From: Schizochytrium sp. TIO01
Taxonomy: Eukaryota > Protista > Bigyra: Labyrinthulomycetes
Direction of reading: 5' to 3'
Assembly (NCBI GenBank): GCA_004764695.1
Contig: SMSO01000031.1
Span: forward strand, 7,918,761-7,982,760
Length of the DNA stretch: 64,000 bases
This document shows, piece after piece, positions 22,216 through 35,000 of the stretch (the first letter of the stretch is position 1; the number at the start of each line of letters is the position of its first letter). Below the pieces are notes generated by a model that was not told the DNA's origin, searched no databases, and saw only the letters and a program-made list of their open reading frames with translations. Both the position numbers and the translations under genes were made by a program.

Positions 22216-25200
22216 ATGACCACTCCTGGGCCTCTCTCTACAATGCGCCTCGCGAGGCTGTTCTCTTCCTCCACCAAGGAACTCCCTTCCATAGTGAGGC
22301 CGCCATTGTTCATCTCATCGGCACCTTCGCCCGCGACACCAAGACCTTCGAGAATCGGCATAGAGCTAGGGGCGACTAAAATCGCGCCACTGGCAGCAGG
22401 TGCCGCAGTAGGCTGCGATGGCAAGTCCGTTGTGCTCGCAACAGCGTGCTTTGAGCGGAAGAGCGTGGCTGGGCAAACTCAGGGCACTGGTCAAAACCAG
22501 AACCAGAATCAGAACCAAAATAATAATGTACAGAGCACAAGAACCTTTGTTCCTATGAGCGTTGAGTACCGCGAAAAGGCAAGTGGTGCTGGCAAGATTC
22601 CACAGCATATTTTGAGGAGAGAGCTTGCACCTCGAGAGGACGAGGTTGTTCTTGCCAGGTTTGTGGATAGGGCCCTGAGACCTTCACTTGCAAACGCTGC
22701 AGATTGGCTCACGAATCTTCAGGTGATCTGCACGCAAATGGCGTACGACGAAAAGGCTGACGTTCACGTTGTCGCGGTCAACGCGGCGTCCGTGGCAGTC
22801 AGAGCCGCACTTGATTCTGAAAAGGAGTTATATAATGTAGAACCTGTGGCATGCGTTAGAATCACCGGTCGCGAGGCCGAGTCTGGAAAGCAGAGCCAAG
22901 GCAAATCTGGACATATTGTTGGGAACCTTAGACTGAACGCCTTCGAGGCACCTCAAAACCCGGCCAACCCTGATCCTGAAATTGCCATGGAGGTCCTAGT
23001 AGCAGCTACGAGATATGGCGTGGTTGCAGTGGACTTTGTGGCGTCGAGGCCTGTGGAGAAGGACGAGCTCAAGGCGGCCCTGAAGCTGGCAGAGACCAAG
23101 ATCCCTGAGATTCTTTCAGCACAACAGGTTGCAGTGGACACGATCTTGAATCTTAGAACTGGTCGGGGACATATCATAAATGACAGCGATGCGGGGAGCA
23201 ACGGTAACAACAACCACAACAATAGCAAAGGACACAAACTCGACAATAAGTATGAAATTAATGGAAGCGTGCCTGCTGCTGTGCTTGGCGACCCTCTTCT
23301 AGAGAAGGGTGAGGCTGGAAGCAGCGACCGGATGGACCTTAACTCGCTGTTCCAGGCTGCATTTGCTGTAGACCCTAGCAGTGGAGGTAGTGGAGGTAGC
23401 AAAGATGATACGCAAGGCGATAGCCAGGCAGACCTCGAGACTGGCGAGGACAACAGCAGCATGGAGGAGGATATGGAGACTCTTGAAGAGGATGCTAAGG
23501 CCCGGAAACGTGAAATCGATGCCATGTTTCAACAGTACGGCAGCGCATGGCTGAAGAAGCAACTCAATAACGAGAATCTCTCCGACAAGGCGCATGAAAA
23601 TCTTCGTGGTCTTCTTTTGCGCGCTAACGGCAATGACGGCGAGCTCGTGCGGCACGATGGGCGTCGCCTCAATGAAATTCGCCACCTTGCTGCCGACATG
23701 GATGTTTTGCCATCCATTGTTCATGGTTCAAGCACTTTTCAACGTGGTCTAACCACGGTGCTTGCCACCGCCACGCTAGGTAGCATTCGCGATGGAGCAA
23801 GGGTCATCCCATACTGCGGACCATCGTATCGCAAGAACTTCTTTCTGCACTACGACTTTCCTCCTTATAGTGTAAATGAGACCGGTCGTCTTGGCATGAA
23901 TCGTCGCATGCTTGGCCATGGTCAGCTCGCAGAGCGTGCTCTCAAACCCGTCATGCCAGCTCCGAAAGGCAAATCTGGCAGTGCTAGTAGCATGAAGTCA
24001 CCCAAGATCATGATGCACACTTTAAAAGACTCTAGTGACAAAGAAAGAATTAGCAACGGAGCTGCGAATGCTCAAGACATTGACTTTCCTTTCTCAACAC
24101 GTGTTAGCGTAGAGACCACAAGCTCAGATGGATCCTCTTCGATGGCTTCTGTGTGTGCAGCATCATTAGCTATGGCAAGCGCTGGGGTGCCTCTTGCTGA
24201 TCTTGTTGCTGGTATTACAGTTGGTGTTTTGGAGAATGAGAACGGCACAGACGAGCTTATTGTCGACATTGACAGCATGGAGGACGAATTTGGAGGCATG
24301 GATTTTAAGCTTGCTGGTACGAAGAATGGGTTCACTGCTGCCCAGCTTGACACCAAGCGCGGCGCGAATGGAATCCCTGTGGAACTTCTTTGTCAAGCCA
24401 TCGATCTCGCTGTGCCAGCGCACGAGACCCTGCTCGCTTCCATGCAAGAGACTCTCGATGCTCACAGAGAGAATGAGGCCTGCAAGGGATCATCCAACAT
24501 ACCACTCTTTTCTCGCATTGATACAAATCCTGAGCTTGTGAAACGTGTTCTTGGTACTCGGGGACGTACCACTCAGGGTTTGCAGCAAGATTTTGATGTG
24601 GACATTGATCTCAACGTCACTGATGGCGTGATCTATGTGTTTGCCAATTCACCTGAATCTCTTGAAGAGGTGACAAAACGCATTCAAGACCTCATTTGGG
24701 TCCCTGAGATTGGTGAAATCTTTGAAGGCCTCGAGGTCATCGAGGTCCTGACAAGTGGTGCAGTTGTGCGCATTCCAAGTCATGGTGGCGAACATGAAGC
24801 TTTCATCCATAACTCAGAGCTCTCTCTGCATCGTATCAATGAAGCTGCTGAGGTGGTCTCGGAGGGTGATCGACTTACAGCAATGTGCATCCGCATAGAA
24901 GACTTCAAGCCGAGGCTCTCGGTTCGTGCCGTACAGAAGAAACAAGAACGCTTCAAACCCCGGTCTTCGCGTGCTGAGGCTGCTGAAAATGATTTCAGTG
25001 CCGAATCTAATGATTCAAAAACAAAGAGCAACGCATCAAAAGCAAACGCCGTTTTCGAAGACAAAAGCAATGATGATGATGATGATGATGCGAAGTCCCT
25101 TCTTTGGGAACCGGAGCCAAACGTTTTGTACGAGCAAATGGAAGTCGTCAAAATCCCAAACAATTTGCGAGCGATTGTCCAGTTCCCGGGCAAGCCAGAG

Positions 25201-25389
25201 AGCCTGGGAATCATTCACCGCTCTGAGGTTTCTCCTCGTCGCATTGATAGTGTTAGCCAAGTCTTAAACGTTGGTGACAAGGTAGATGCTGTATGCGTCA
25301 ATACCGGTTTGAATGGTGGTCTTCCTGAGCTTTCTATGAAGTTGGTTCTTCTGCGCAGGGGCAAAGGTGGCAGCCGGGCGAAGAAGTAA
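22216..25389 (+). CDS. PNPT1: Polyribonucleotide nucleotidyltransferase (PNPase), probably mitochondrial, with two S1 domains
   Basis: FVPMSVEYREK...GKIP...RRE...ARFVDRALRP (RNase PH 1); RHDGRRLNEIR, HGSSTFQRGLT, FFLHYDFPPYSVNETG, RRMLGHGQLAERAL, GSSSMAS, EDxxGxMDFKLAGT (RNase PH 2); KH GTRG; S1 (FIHNSELS...VSEGD); second S1 (IIHRSEVS...LNVGDKV). The start may be the second ATG (MRLARLFSSS). Confidence 0.93.
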   Translation: MTTPGPLSTMRLARLFSSSTKELPSIVRPPLFISSAPSPATPRPSRIGIELGATKIAPLAAGAAVGCDGKSVVLATACFERKSVAGQTQGTGQNQNQNQNQNNNVQSTRTFVPMSVEYREKASGAGKIPQHILRRELAPREDEVVLARFVDRALRPSLANAADWLTNLQVICTQMAYDEKADVHVVAVNAASVAVRAALDSEKELYNVEPVACVRITGREAESGKQSQGKSGHIVGNLRLNAFEAPQNPANPDPEIAMEVLVAATRYGVVAVDFVASRPVEKDELKAALKLAETKIPEILSAQQVAVDTILNLRTGRGHIINDSDAGSNGNNNHNNSKGHKLDNKYEINGSVPAAVLGDPLLEKGEAGSSDRMDLNSLFQAAFAVDPSSGGSGGSKDDTQGDSQADLETGEDNSSMEEDMETLEEDAKARKREIDAMFQQYGSAWLKKQLNNENLSDKAHENLRGLLLRANGNDGELVRHDGRRLNEIRHLAADMDVLPSIVHGSSTFQRGLTTVLATATLGSIRDGARVIPYCGPSYRKNFFLHYDFPPYSVNETGRLGMNRRMLGHGQLAERALKPVMPAPKGKSGSASSMKSPKIMMHTLKDSSDKERISNGAANAQDIDFPFSTRVSVETTSSDGSSSMASVCAASLAMASAGVPLADLVAGITVGVLENENGTDELIVDIDSMEDEFGGMDFKLAGTKNGFTAAQLDTKRGANGIPVELLCQAIDLAVPAHETLLASMQETLDAHRENEACKGSSNIPLFSRIDTNPELVKRVLGTRGRTTQGLQQDFDVDIDLNVTDGVIYVFANSPESLEEVTKRIQDLIWVPEIGEIFEGLEVIEVLTSGAVVRIPSHGGEHEAFIHNSELSLHRINEAAEVVSEGDRLTAMCIRIEDFKPRLSVRAVQKKQERFKPRSSRAEAAENDFSAESNDSKTKSNASKANAVFEDKSNDDDDDDAKSLLWEPEPNVLYEQMEVVKIPNNLRAIVQFPGKPESLGIIHRSEVSPRRIDSVSQVLNVGDKVDAVCVNTGLNGGLPELSMKLVLLRRGKGGSRAKK

Positions 25390-27171
25390 AGGTCTGAATT
25401 TTCTTTAGTTTCTTTTCTCAGTGAAAACCACTCTACATCTATGTCCAGGGCAACCAAAAAACCAAAAAACCAAAGTCTACACAAATTTGAGAAAATATGA
25501 TAACATGCGAACGCCAGGCCAGCCCCAAGATCGATAAATGTCAGCTATCTAGTTAGAGGATGTCTTTTTTGGATACGGATTTTCAGGGTCGCATTTTGTT
25601 TTATGTTTTACAGAAGGCGAAAATCCCATCATGGGATCATTATTTGGTTACAGCAGACCAAATGACAAAGGTGTTAATCGTTTCTAACTCAGATCATCCC
25701 CCCCCTTTTTTTTTCTTTTTTTAATTAAATTTAAAGAAAGGAAACGATTAATGTGCTACCATCATGTTGTGCGCACTGATGCATCATCCATGGTAGTACT
25801 CCTACAAAATTTTGCAGACACTACGAGCCCTAATAGAACAATGGGCCACAATTGAATTGAGTAATTTACCACCTAATGGGACTACTTTTTACAAAAATTA
25901 ATAGAATTTTTACTTCTTGAGAGTTCCTTTGAGAGGTCGAGCCTTCCGAACTGTCTTTCCATGTCTTCAAAAAGTAGAGCTTTCATAGATTAAAATAAGA
26001 ATAAATAAAGAACGTAAAGCAATAAAGCGAGAATGATAACGTAAACGCCTTTACGTATCGAGAAATGGAGAAATAGAATAGAAAAGAAGAAATTAGATTA
26101 GATGGGAAGAAAAGACAACAAACAAGACGAAAGAGTGATAATGGGCAGGGAGGGCTTACAGGATTTGAACGGTTTTGGTGACTTGCTTACCCTTGGTTGC
26201 TATGAAAGAAGGTTCCCCAGATATACGGAAAAAAGTTTGAGGTGATATAACAGAATTTGAGGTGGAACGTTGATGGCAGAGTTGGTTCTAATGCTATTTT
26301 GTAAACACTGAGCGAGCAAGGGTTTTTCTTACTTTTGTGGTGGTGTTTTGGTCGTGATGATTCTGTAAGGGAGGGGCAGGAAGAAGACCTAACCACCCAG
26401 ACCTGCGGGGCTGCTTATGAAAGGAGGTCTGCTGGAGGCTTGATAAAATGTGTTGTCTTTTGTGAAGAGTAGCTATATGCTAGTCATCGCACATTACGAT
26501 ATCACACAAAAGACATAGAATATGAACGGCAGATTTCCATCAAAGCGTGCATAGAAGAGAAAGTACAGAACTCGTATATTAACGTCCAGCTATGCATGCA
26601 GAATACGCAATGCCTTCCAAAAAAGAAAAAGCTATTTTGGATGAACAAAAATAGAATCAACTGAACGAGAGGTTTATGGAGCCGTAGCGGCACACCCTGC
26701 TCGCTCGGGCAGTCGTAAAACACATGATCTCTATCCTTGGGTTGGGTTCAGGCAAGTTGTTGAAACCGAGACTTCGTCATATACTGTCGAACATTTGGCA
26801 CACAAATATACCATAAGAGCATGCATGAAGTAGCATTAGTCGGTACGATTGAAGTTTGCAGGGTGAATTGATCCTCACCAAGCAGTAACACAGTAAAAGG
26901 CAGATGGAGGAGCAGGGCATATATAAAGAAAGCAGCCAAGATGTCACAGCAAAACACATACACATAGACACAGGCAACAACAAGATAGGCTGAGCCCAAG
27001 AACGACTGGAGGTACTATGTTCTCTCGGTGGAGAACACCGGTGCACAAAGTTTTCGATCTCCATACATTACACATAAAGATAAGAAAGGCTTGAGCCACA
27101 GCGCTATCTTTAGAGACCTGAAGATACATAATCATAAGCTATAGTAACCTCAGAAAACACATCGGTAGTTT

Positions 27172-28632
27172 CTACTCGAGCTGGACAACAACAGCACTAA
27201 TATCATCACGGCGGGAATGCGCAGGGTCTATGTCCCAACGCTGGCGCGCAGCTTCTACAATCTGCTTCGACGCGGCCAGGGGGTCCTTGGCATTGTAAAT
27301 TTTGGCAAGAACTTCCTCGTTAGTCATTTGGTCCCAAACTCCGTCCGAAGCAAGCACCAGATACTGCTTGATGTTCTTGTGAATGTGGTCATGCTTAAAC
27401 TCTGGCTCTGCAGAAACACCTAGGTAGTCATGGGCGTCTAAGTCTCCGATTGAGCGAGTGAACAATACACCATAAATGATATCGCCGTCTCGGCGGCGGC
27501 AAATATAGGTTTTACCCTCCTGACGATGCGCACCACGAAGTTCGCCCTCGCTCATTAGCACAGCAGAGGTACGAAGGATGCGGCGGTATTCATCCTGGCG
27601 CTCTGGTTTGTGGTCATCGGACATCACTACAACCTGGCCCTTCGTCTCTTCCTCATCCATCTCACCCATGATACATCTCGAGTCACCTACGTTTGCTACA
27701 TAGATTTCGCTGTCAACGATCATTGCTACAACGAGAGTGGTACCACTGACCTGCGGGTCCACACCAGTGTAGTTGAGATCTGTGTGAATAAAGGCTTCAT
27801 GGAGACGACCAATGGAATGTTCAAGAACATCTTGAGGAGACAAATCATCACCAAATTCTTCATAAACTGCCTTCATGGTCTTGTGGAGCTCCATACGGCA
27901 AAAGTGACTTGCATGTTCGCCGAAAGGTCCGTGCCCGTCGAATATACCAAAGACCGCCTGGTTGGGCTTGCCATCCATAATAAAGGCGACAAGACTATCC
28001 TGGTTCAGTTTCAAGGGCTGTGCGTTTGAGCGACCGCGCAAAGACTTGTAGCCAAAAAGAAGTTTATGACCCACTTCGTACTTCTCGAGGATGTCTTGTG
28101 TGCTCACATCCTTGATATCATATCCCAGTTCGGATTCCACATCCGAGAGACTAACAGCATGCTCATCGTCAGTATCAACGCCGGATTCATAGTCTTCACT
28201 AGAGTGATGTTCAGGAAGCTTGCTAACACGCTTGCTTGCACGAAAGCTGTGGCGATAGCCCTTCTTCAGCTTTAGTAGCTGAAGAGTCATGGTCTCCTTC
28301 ATTTCTACAGGGTATTCCACCTCCATACCGAGTTCATACACCGGATCAGATGCCATGAGGACACCCGCGGGGTCATGTGCAAGAGCCTCTGCAAGGGCAC
28401 CACCAATGGGTTTTTTCAAGCGGATAGATTGTTTAGCTTCTTCGATGGTATCTTTGGAAAACAGCATCGAGTTAGTATGCATTAGATCCTCACTCGACTT
28501 GGATTTTGAGGAGGAGGTTGACCCGCCCGACGAGCGCTCAATTCCCGGAGCTTGGTCATCCTCCTCTTCTATGGGGGATCCAACATCCTTGGTGACCACA
28601 CGTTGATCTAGGCTTGATGAAGTACAGCCCAT
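27172..28632 (-). CDS. PP2C (PPM) family protein phosphatase with N-terminal myristoylation/palmitoylation motif
   Basis: MGCTSS start; NQDS, FGIFDGHG, SGTT, VANVGDSR, DHKP, TRSIGD, LASDGVWD and DDIS motifs. Confidence 0.95.
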   Translation of the reverse strand: MGCTSSSLDQRVVTKDVGSPIEEEDDQAPGIERSSGGSTSSSKSKSSEDLMHTNSMLFSKDTIEEAKQSIRLKKPIGGALAEALAHDPAGVLMASDPVYELGMEVEYPVEMKETMTLQLLKLKKGYRHSFRASKRVSKLPEHHSSEDYESGVDTDDEHAVSLSDVESELGYDIKDVSTQDILEKYEVGHKLLFGYKSLRGRSNAQPLKLNQDSLVAFIMDGKPNQAVFGIFDGHGPFGEHASHFCRMELHKTMKAVYEEFGDDLSPQDVLEHSIGRLHEAFIHTDLNYTGVDPQVSGTTLVVAMIVDSEIYVANVGDSRCIMGEMDEEETKGQVVVMSDDHKPERQDEYRRILRTSAVLMSEGELRGAHRQEGKTYICRRRDGDIIYGVLFTRSIGDLDAHDYLGVSAEPEFKHDHIHKNIKQYLVLASDGVWDQMTNEEVLAKIYNAKDPLAASKQIVEAARQRWDIDPAHSRRDDISAVVVQLE

Positions 28633-29129
28633 GATCCTGAGCTTTTGTGAAATTTAGCTCGTGGAGATGGAGTTTCTGAAGACAGCCCAAAATAAAGATC
28701 AACTTCTTGCACTTCACTTTCGTCAATACAAGAAATGACAAGACTGCAAGCAGACTGTCTGTTGTTCCACAGCAGCTCAATAGGTCCTCAGATGAAGCTA
28801 ATTGCAGTATCTCACCGCAATATATATGCGCCTCTCGGTTTGCTGTTCAAGAGCAAGAGCCGAAAGCGTCGGTCAGTTCCAAAGAAAAAACGAAGCTGAT
28901 GAAGCCAGTGGGTAAGGATAGAGATGAGATTGAAGAGCGAAATCCCAGTCGTTACACGGCGCCCACCACGAGCAGTAGAAGAACCACCGGCCCTAGCAAT
29001 AACCACAACGAAGCTGCAGAAGTACACGTAGAGCGGCTCTTCACCAGGTCTCCTCAACTTCGAGGAATGACTTTCGAAGAGAACTCTGCCTCGCCTTACT
29101 CTTGAGAAGCAGACCTAGACTGAGCAGAC

Positions 29130-29195
29130 GCAGGAAAGCAGGCAAGCAACCAAGCAGGTACGGCAAGAAAGCAGGCAAGCAACCAAGCTAGGTAC
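29130..29195. repeat. Tandem duplication of a ~32-bp unit (aaagcaggcaagcaaccaagc..ggtac x2)
   Basis: Two adjacent near-identical copies read directly from the sequence, upstream of the PP2C gene. Confidence 0.8.
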
Positions 29196-31230
29196 TTGGA
29201 GCGTGTGCACGGAGAATGAGGAATGAGGAACGAGGAATGAAGAAGAAGAATAAAGAATGAAAGTACTTCAACAATAATTCTTTTTCCTTTTCTTTCTTTC
29301 TTTCTTTGTTTAGTATTGTTACGAATCAGCCGATGTTGTTGTCAATGCCACGCAAGAAGGACCAGTCCAACCGTTTGCAGCGCACAGAGCCTGGCGGGAA
29401 CAAGTCGGGACCACAGGGCCGGGTGCGAGGTCTGTGCAGCTCACGAGAGGGCTCTGCCTCGCCTCTGGCTTGGCAGGTGCGAGGGAGATGGAGAAGGAGC
29501 GAATAAGAGAATGTATGCCCCCTCTCTCTTTCTTTACCCTTCTGTTTTCAAAATTGTTAATTTAAAGAAAGACTATTTTATTCTTCTCTTCTTTAGAGTT
29601 TGTGTAAGTATTATCTGTCTTACCTGTTAAGTATAAACTCCTCTTAGTCAAGTTTCTTTTTGTTTCTTGTTTTTTAAAATGAAATGATTTATGAATAAAA
29701 GTTCACAATCATTTTTTTCTTCTCTCTTTCAACACAATCATACAAACAAACAAACAAACAAACAAAGAAACAATCAAATAAAGTCATTTGTGAAAATTAT
29801 ATTAAAAATGGAATAAAATATATAACGCGGGTCCCGCAGAATATACCGCGTCCGTAGATACACGCACACTCACAATAACATAGTTATCACCTCTCCTACA
29901 GCTGTGCAATTTTAGCAGAAACAGAACTACCGCGAGCCCGCGCGTACACAAAGTGTGGGTCCTAAGATTCGGGACTGGGACTCCCGCGCGCCCGAGAAAG
30001 AAAGAAAAGAAAGGATAATAAGAAAGGAAAAGAAGAGTTTCTCGCACCTAGTGTTTATTATAGGGGTACTATAGGGGTGCCGTTTCAACTCGAAGAGAGA
30101 GGTCGAAGAAAGCATCTTGAAAACTACTTCGTTCGTTGCTCAAATTCTCTCCATCTTCTGTGATGTGGTGCGGCTAAAGCTGCTGAGCTGCCTCTACAAA
30201 GGAGGTTTCCAACTGGGCTCCTTTGCTTCGAGCACATAACTCACTAGTAGGTACCTATCGTCGAAGAGACCCTGAGAGAGTGTGTGCGTGTGTGAGTGAG
30301 TGTTCAAGAACTGCTGTGTACTTACTTACTTACTTCTCTTTGCCTCTGTCCTCTCTCTGCTACGATGCCCCTACCACCTACTTAGGGAAAAGGAAGAAGG
30401 AATTCATTCACTTTATTAGTTTAGAAATCATCACTCCCAAAATCAAAATCGAAAGCAAAAGTTGGCATCAGAAGGAGCACTTCGAAATAAAGGCGCGAAC
30501 GGCCGTTTACAGAGAGCATCGATTTCAACGAAGGAAGACAGCAGCTTTGCGACAAAGAGAGTGGCACCTAGTAGTCGTAGAATGGTTAGTACGTGACGCA
30601 CTAAGCTAAGAACACCGCGTTAAAGTCTTTTCCAACTGGAAAAGAAATAATGGAAATTACAAAAATGAATCAATTCCAAGGGAGAATCACTGAATTCTTA
30701 GCGGTAAGACGGGAACACTTTAAAAAGAAAGAAGAAACAGCGGCAGATAGTACCTATATAGCAGCTACTACTTATCTCTCTCTCTCTCTCTCTTCAAATG
30801 TGGTAGCTAGATAGAAGGTACCTGCCTAAAACTTGGTAGTATATATACACATATTAATAACTTAACATTTTATTATTATTATTATTATTATAATCATTAT
30901 TTATTTTAAAGAAAATAAAAGTTTGAAATAAAATGCCTTCTTTTTCTTTTTGTTTAGTTTACAATATAAAATTAAACGAATCGATAAAATAAAATCAGAA
31001 CAATTGTGATTTGGGAGATTCATTCATTCGCACATGATCCACAGAACTAACTTCAGTCTGTCTGACAGTCTTGACAACCTGCAGCGATCTCGCGCTGCCT
31101 TCGATGCCCCCTCCACGAGTTAATTAGCTCAGACTCCTGCGCTGCAGCAGACGTCCCGCACGGACTGCGTTCGCGAGGCCTGAACTCCGCGAGAGTCCCA
31201 GCGCTCTTCGAGGCGCTTTGGGCGGGAAGA

Positions 31231-31276
31231 CAGTCAGTCAGTCAGTCAGTCAGTCAGTCAGTCAGTCAGTCAGTCA
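31231..31276. repeat. (CAGT)11 microsatellite
   Basis: Perfect tetranucleotide run read directly. Confidence 0.95.
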
Positions 31277-31393
31277 ATCTGTTTGCTCTTAAGCCATTTG
31301 GTCACCACCGGTACCAAATATTCACTTCGCGCACTGCCACAGCAGCACCGTTTCCATGCTCTTCAGCGAGCAAAGATTTGGCCAAAATCTGCA

Positions 31394-31473
31394 GCAAAGC
31401 TCAGCATTCGCAAAGCTTAGCATTCGCAAGGCTCAGCACTTGCTAAGCGCAGCACTTGCAAAGCGCAGCATTT
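31394..31473. repeat. 16-bp minisatellite, 5 copies (consensus GCAAAGCKCAGCAYTY)
   Basis: gcaaagctcagcattc / gcaaagcttagcattc / gcaaggctcagcactt / gctaagcgcagcactt / gcaaagcgcagcattt. Confidence 0.9.
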
Positions 31474-32010
31474 GCAGGCACGTATCCGTGTGAACTAACT
31501 GCACGTGCAGTGCTCTCCAAGTAGAAGAGGTTTTCGACTCGAGGCTTTCGACTCGAACGAGGAATGCAATGTCTCCAGACGTGTGAACTGCCTGCGTGCC
31601 TGCGCGCCTGCGTGCCTGGGTCAGTAAGTCATTAGGTCAGTAAGTCAGTAAGTCAGTAAGTCGAGCACCGCGTGCGACGCCCTCTCCCCTTGCAGGAAGC
31701 AGGCAGAGCCCCGGCGGGTTGCGAGTTGACGTGAGCTCCAAGTGGCTCGGAGCACGCGGCCTTTTTTCTCGTGGTTCTGTATGTCTTGGTGCCTCTTCGT
31801 GGCAGGCGAGCTTACGTGGAGGTCGGCGGCGGGGTGGCCTTGCCAAGGCTGGCTGCTGTGTAAGACACGCGTTGAGAGCTGGCAGGCACTGGTATCGTGC
31901 ACTCGCCGCATACGGACTCCAGGTTCTCGCAGGACGACGGCCTTTCCTGCTTCAAGTCCAAGCCACCAAACCTGCATTTATCGACGCTCCTGACGCCGAG
32001 GTTGTGTTTC

Positions 32011-32035
32011 TTGCTTTGCTTTGCTTTGCTTTGCT

Positions 32036-32072
<37 letters not shown>

Positions 32073-32086
32073 CGCTTGCTCGCTTG
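32011..32086. repeat. Compound (TTGCT)n/(CTTG)n microsatellite
   Basis: Read directly; it explains the spurious LLAC/KQAS ORFs here. Confidence 0.95.
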
Positions 32087-35000
32087 TATCACAGGCTCCG
32101 ACGGTCTCGTTGTTGATCCAACTTGCAGCTCGCTGTTGTTTTTCCCAACCTCGCTCATCCTCAGCACGTAAGTAATCGCATTGCAGAAAGGGTAGTTTCA
32201 TGATCGCGGTGACGATGATGAGGAGTGAGAAGAAATGGAGATCGATGAATTGAGCACGTGCACCGCGATTAGAGATAACTCAGGTACTGGCAATAGGTCG
32301 GTGCTTCTTTTCTTGCTTCTTGCTTGCTTCTTCCCAGCCTGGCTGGTTCAGGGCACAGCTTGAGAAGCAGCCTGGTCGAGAACTCTTGCGGGAGCTCTGC
32401 TCTCGCCGGACCTGGGGCCCCAGCCAGATGCAGGTGCAGATACACGATGAGCTGCGCTGCTGCACGCGCCGATGACTTTGTTCATCGCAGATAAATTTAC
32501 TTATGGATCAAATCAAGAATGACGGGAAGTAGAACGAAAGAGAACAGAACATGCGGGTGATTGGGAAAGAATGAGGGCGCATCTTGCCACCAAAATAGTA
32601 GAACGTACCTAGGTGTTTGTTTTGTAAGCGAAGTCATCGCCCACGAATCCATAAACAGAGGTCAAGTTCCTACCCCACGTGCAGACAATCAACGCAGAAA
32701 TTTATGCATGACTGAAGGCTTGTTTCCGCATGAAAGATGAGTTTACCGATAAAATTTATAACTTACATGCCGCATGGGACCTGCTGAATGAACAGTTTAG
32801 ACACCGTTGTCTGCGACGAAGAGGCTCTTCTCTTACTGTTCTGATTATTGAGAATTTCGCAGTTTCTACTGTAAATCTTGGACTTGGCTGCACTTTGACT
32901 GTGCACGTGAAGGAAGACTAAAGCTTCAAGCTATCAACCAAATGCCGCAACCTTTCGCATATGAGAAGACACCAGAAAATCCATCGGCACCTACGCTAAA
33001 CCACTAAACACAGTTGTGGTTTTCCTTCTTCGTTACTGTCGTGGCGATTCCTTTGTCGGGCTTTCGAGGATTCCGTTTATCCCCCATTCTTGTCATTCGT
33101 GATAATGATGATAGTGATGAGCCTTCATCAATTGTAAAACCTGGCACATAGTAAACAATTCTTCTCTTTTTCTTTGTTTTAAAGTTGGTCACTTCATGGG
33201 CTCGAGAAGTCGCTGCACCTTTTCAGCGAGGGATAAGCGTCGACCGCGTGCCGTTGAACGCAGTGGCTGCCTTGCTTGATGGCTGACTGGCTGGCTAGGC
33301 TCCTACTTGAGCGAGCGAGTGAACGAGTGATGACGGCTTTGGATGAGGAATCTTGGTTGTGGCTGCAAATTCGAAGCGAACTTATTAGCGCTATTTTACT
33401 ATTATTAAAAAACTTTTTTTGTAATATTTTGAAATTTTAAAGGAATAAAAAACTGCAAGAGTAAATTAATATTTTAAAGTTATTGTTAACTTAATAATTA
33501 TCATTTTCATTGTTTAGTAACAAAAGAGGGAAAATAGAAAAGTTCTTTGGGTAATTACTTTATTTCCCCCCAAATTTTATGATAAACATTTACATTCTTG
33601 GTACTAGCTTTAGCAATAATGTCCAACCTCAAAAAGTACCAGTGAAGGACTCATGAATAGAAATATATTACGTCATGGTAGGTATGATGCCAGGGTTTAA
33701 AAAAAGTATAAATATAGAAAGAAAATGGTGATTTATAATTCGCAGGAGAATCAAAGGAAAAGGTTAAGCGGCTGTCATTCATTGTCATTCATACCAAAGT
33801 AGCCATGACAAATGAACAAGTGGACAAAAGGTTGCTCGAAATTCGGCACCAACGCATCTTCTTATCACTACCTTCACACGGGCCTTTAAGAAGTGCTTGA
33901 CCTAAGTTATGTAGCACGCATGGCAATGGCGGGTTTGCTAAATCAATACTTGCTTCCATATTATCTTAAATCACTAATGGGCTTCTGGGTATGAAAATAT
34001 TGATCAGAACAGAACGTCGTCGTTGTCGTGATTGTCAAACAACTGACAACTATCTAGCTAGCAACGAATTTGGAATAGTTAGCCTATGGTGTATGTATAT
34101 TCGTACAAAATCGCCGATGCAAGCGATCTTGACAACTCCTGCAGAAGTTTCCATTCGTTCCCTTAGTTTATAGCAAGAGCGGTGGCCGAGGACCTCGCGA
34201 AATAATTCGATTCCAGATTCGTGGTAGAAGGGGCGAACGAAACCCAAGCTTTATGTTGAAGTTTGGCAACTACAGGTCCTACTTTTCTTCAAGTTTCACC
34301 TAGGGCCATCTCGGCTTAATTATCATACATTGTATGAAACCAAGGTTAAAATTGAAGTCCAGGTTTACAGTCTCCACGGGCTCCTCGAAGTTCATCTTCG
34401 TAGAAGCGAGACTAAGAAAAACACCCGAAGGTTCACAACCGCCATCGTCGGCAGTTTCACGGGATCGCGGGTGTAGCTCACGAAGAGCTTAGAAGCTTAT
34501 CAAAGTATATTGCCAAGCGCGCCACATACGATCATGACGATTGTCAAGAACTTCGGCGTAATCCATTTGGACCAAAAACGAGACATGCACTGTTGTGCTT
34601 TGGCGCCATATGCAGGTTAAGAGTAGCGGCGCACGCTTCATGAGCTAACTTGTAGTGCAGCTAGGAATGGAGTGGATTTCTTCCAGCTCCTGGGCCAGCG
34701 AGGTCTGCGAGAATAACCGTACTTCAAGTTTAGAGCAGCTTGTACACAATAAGAGAAAGTACTACCGTAGTACTACTACAAAAGTCAACGAAGATTGGGA
34801 GTACACACCGTGTAGAAACGATAGTGTAAACGAATGCCACTCACACTTCTCAGTAAATGAGAGACCCTCCAAAACCGCGTGAAACCTTCATTCTGGTTTC
34901 CAGAGAAACAGGCTCCTGCGGCAGGCTTCGCGGCCCATTACGTGACGTATGCGGATCGCATTGAGTTCTTGGGCAAAAAGATTGCATTTTAATTAAACAA

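Noticed and set aside
31394-31473. Short repeat array as a possible CRISPR
   Set aside because: The units are contiguous with no unique spacers, there are no cas genes, and the context is eukaryotic.
31637-32201. Cluster of overlapping ORFs on both strands
   Set aside because: They arise from GC-rich and microsatellite sequence (LLAC/KQAS repeats), mostly have non-ATG starts and show no domain signal.
33004-33350. TGATGA/CTGA boxes and GC-rich stems suggesting a snoRNA
   Set aside because: I could not find terminal stems or an rRNA-complementary guide; an Rfam/snoscan run would be needed.
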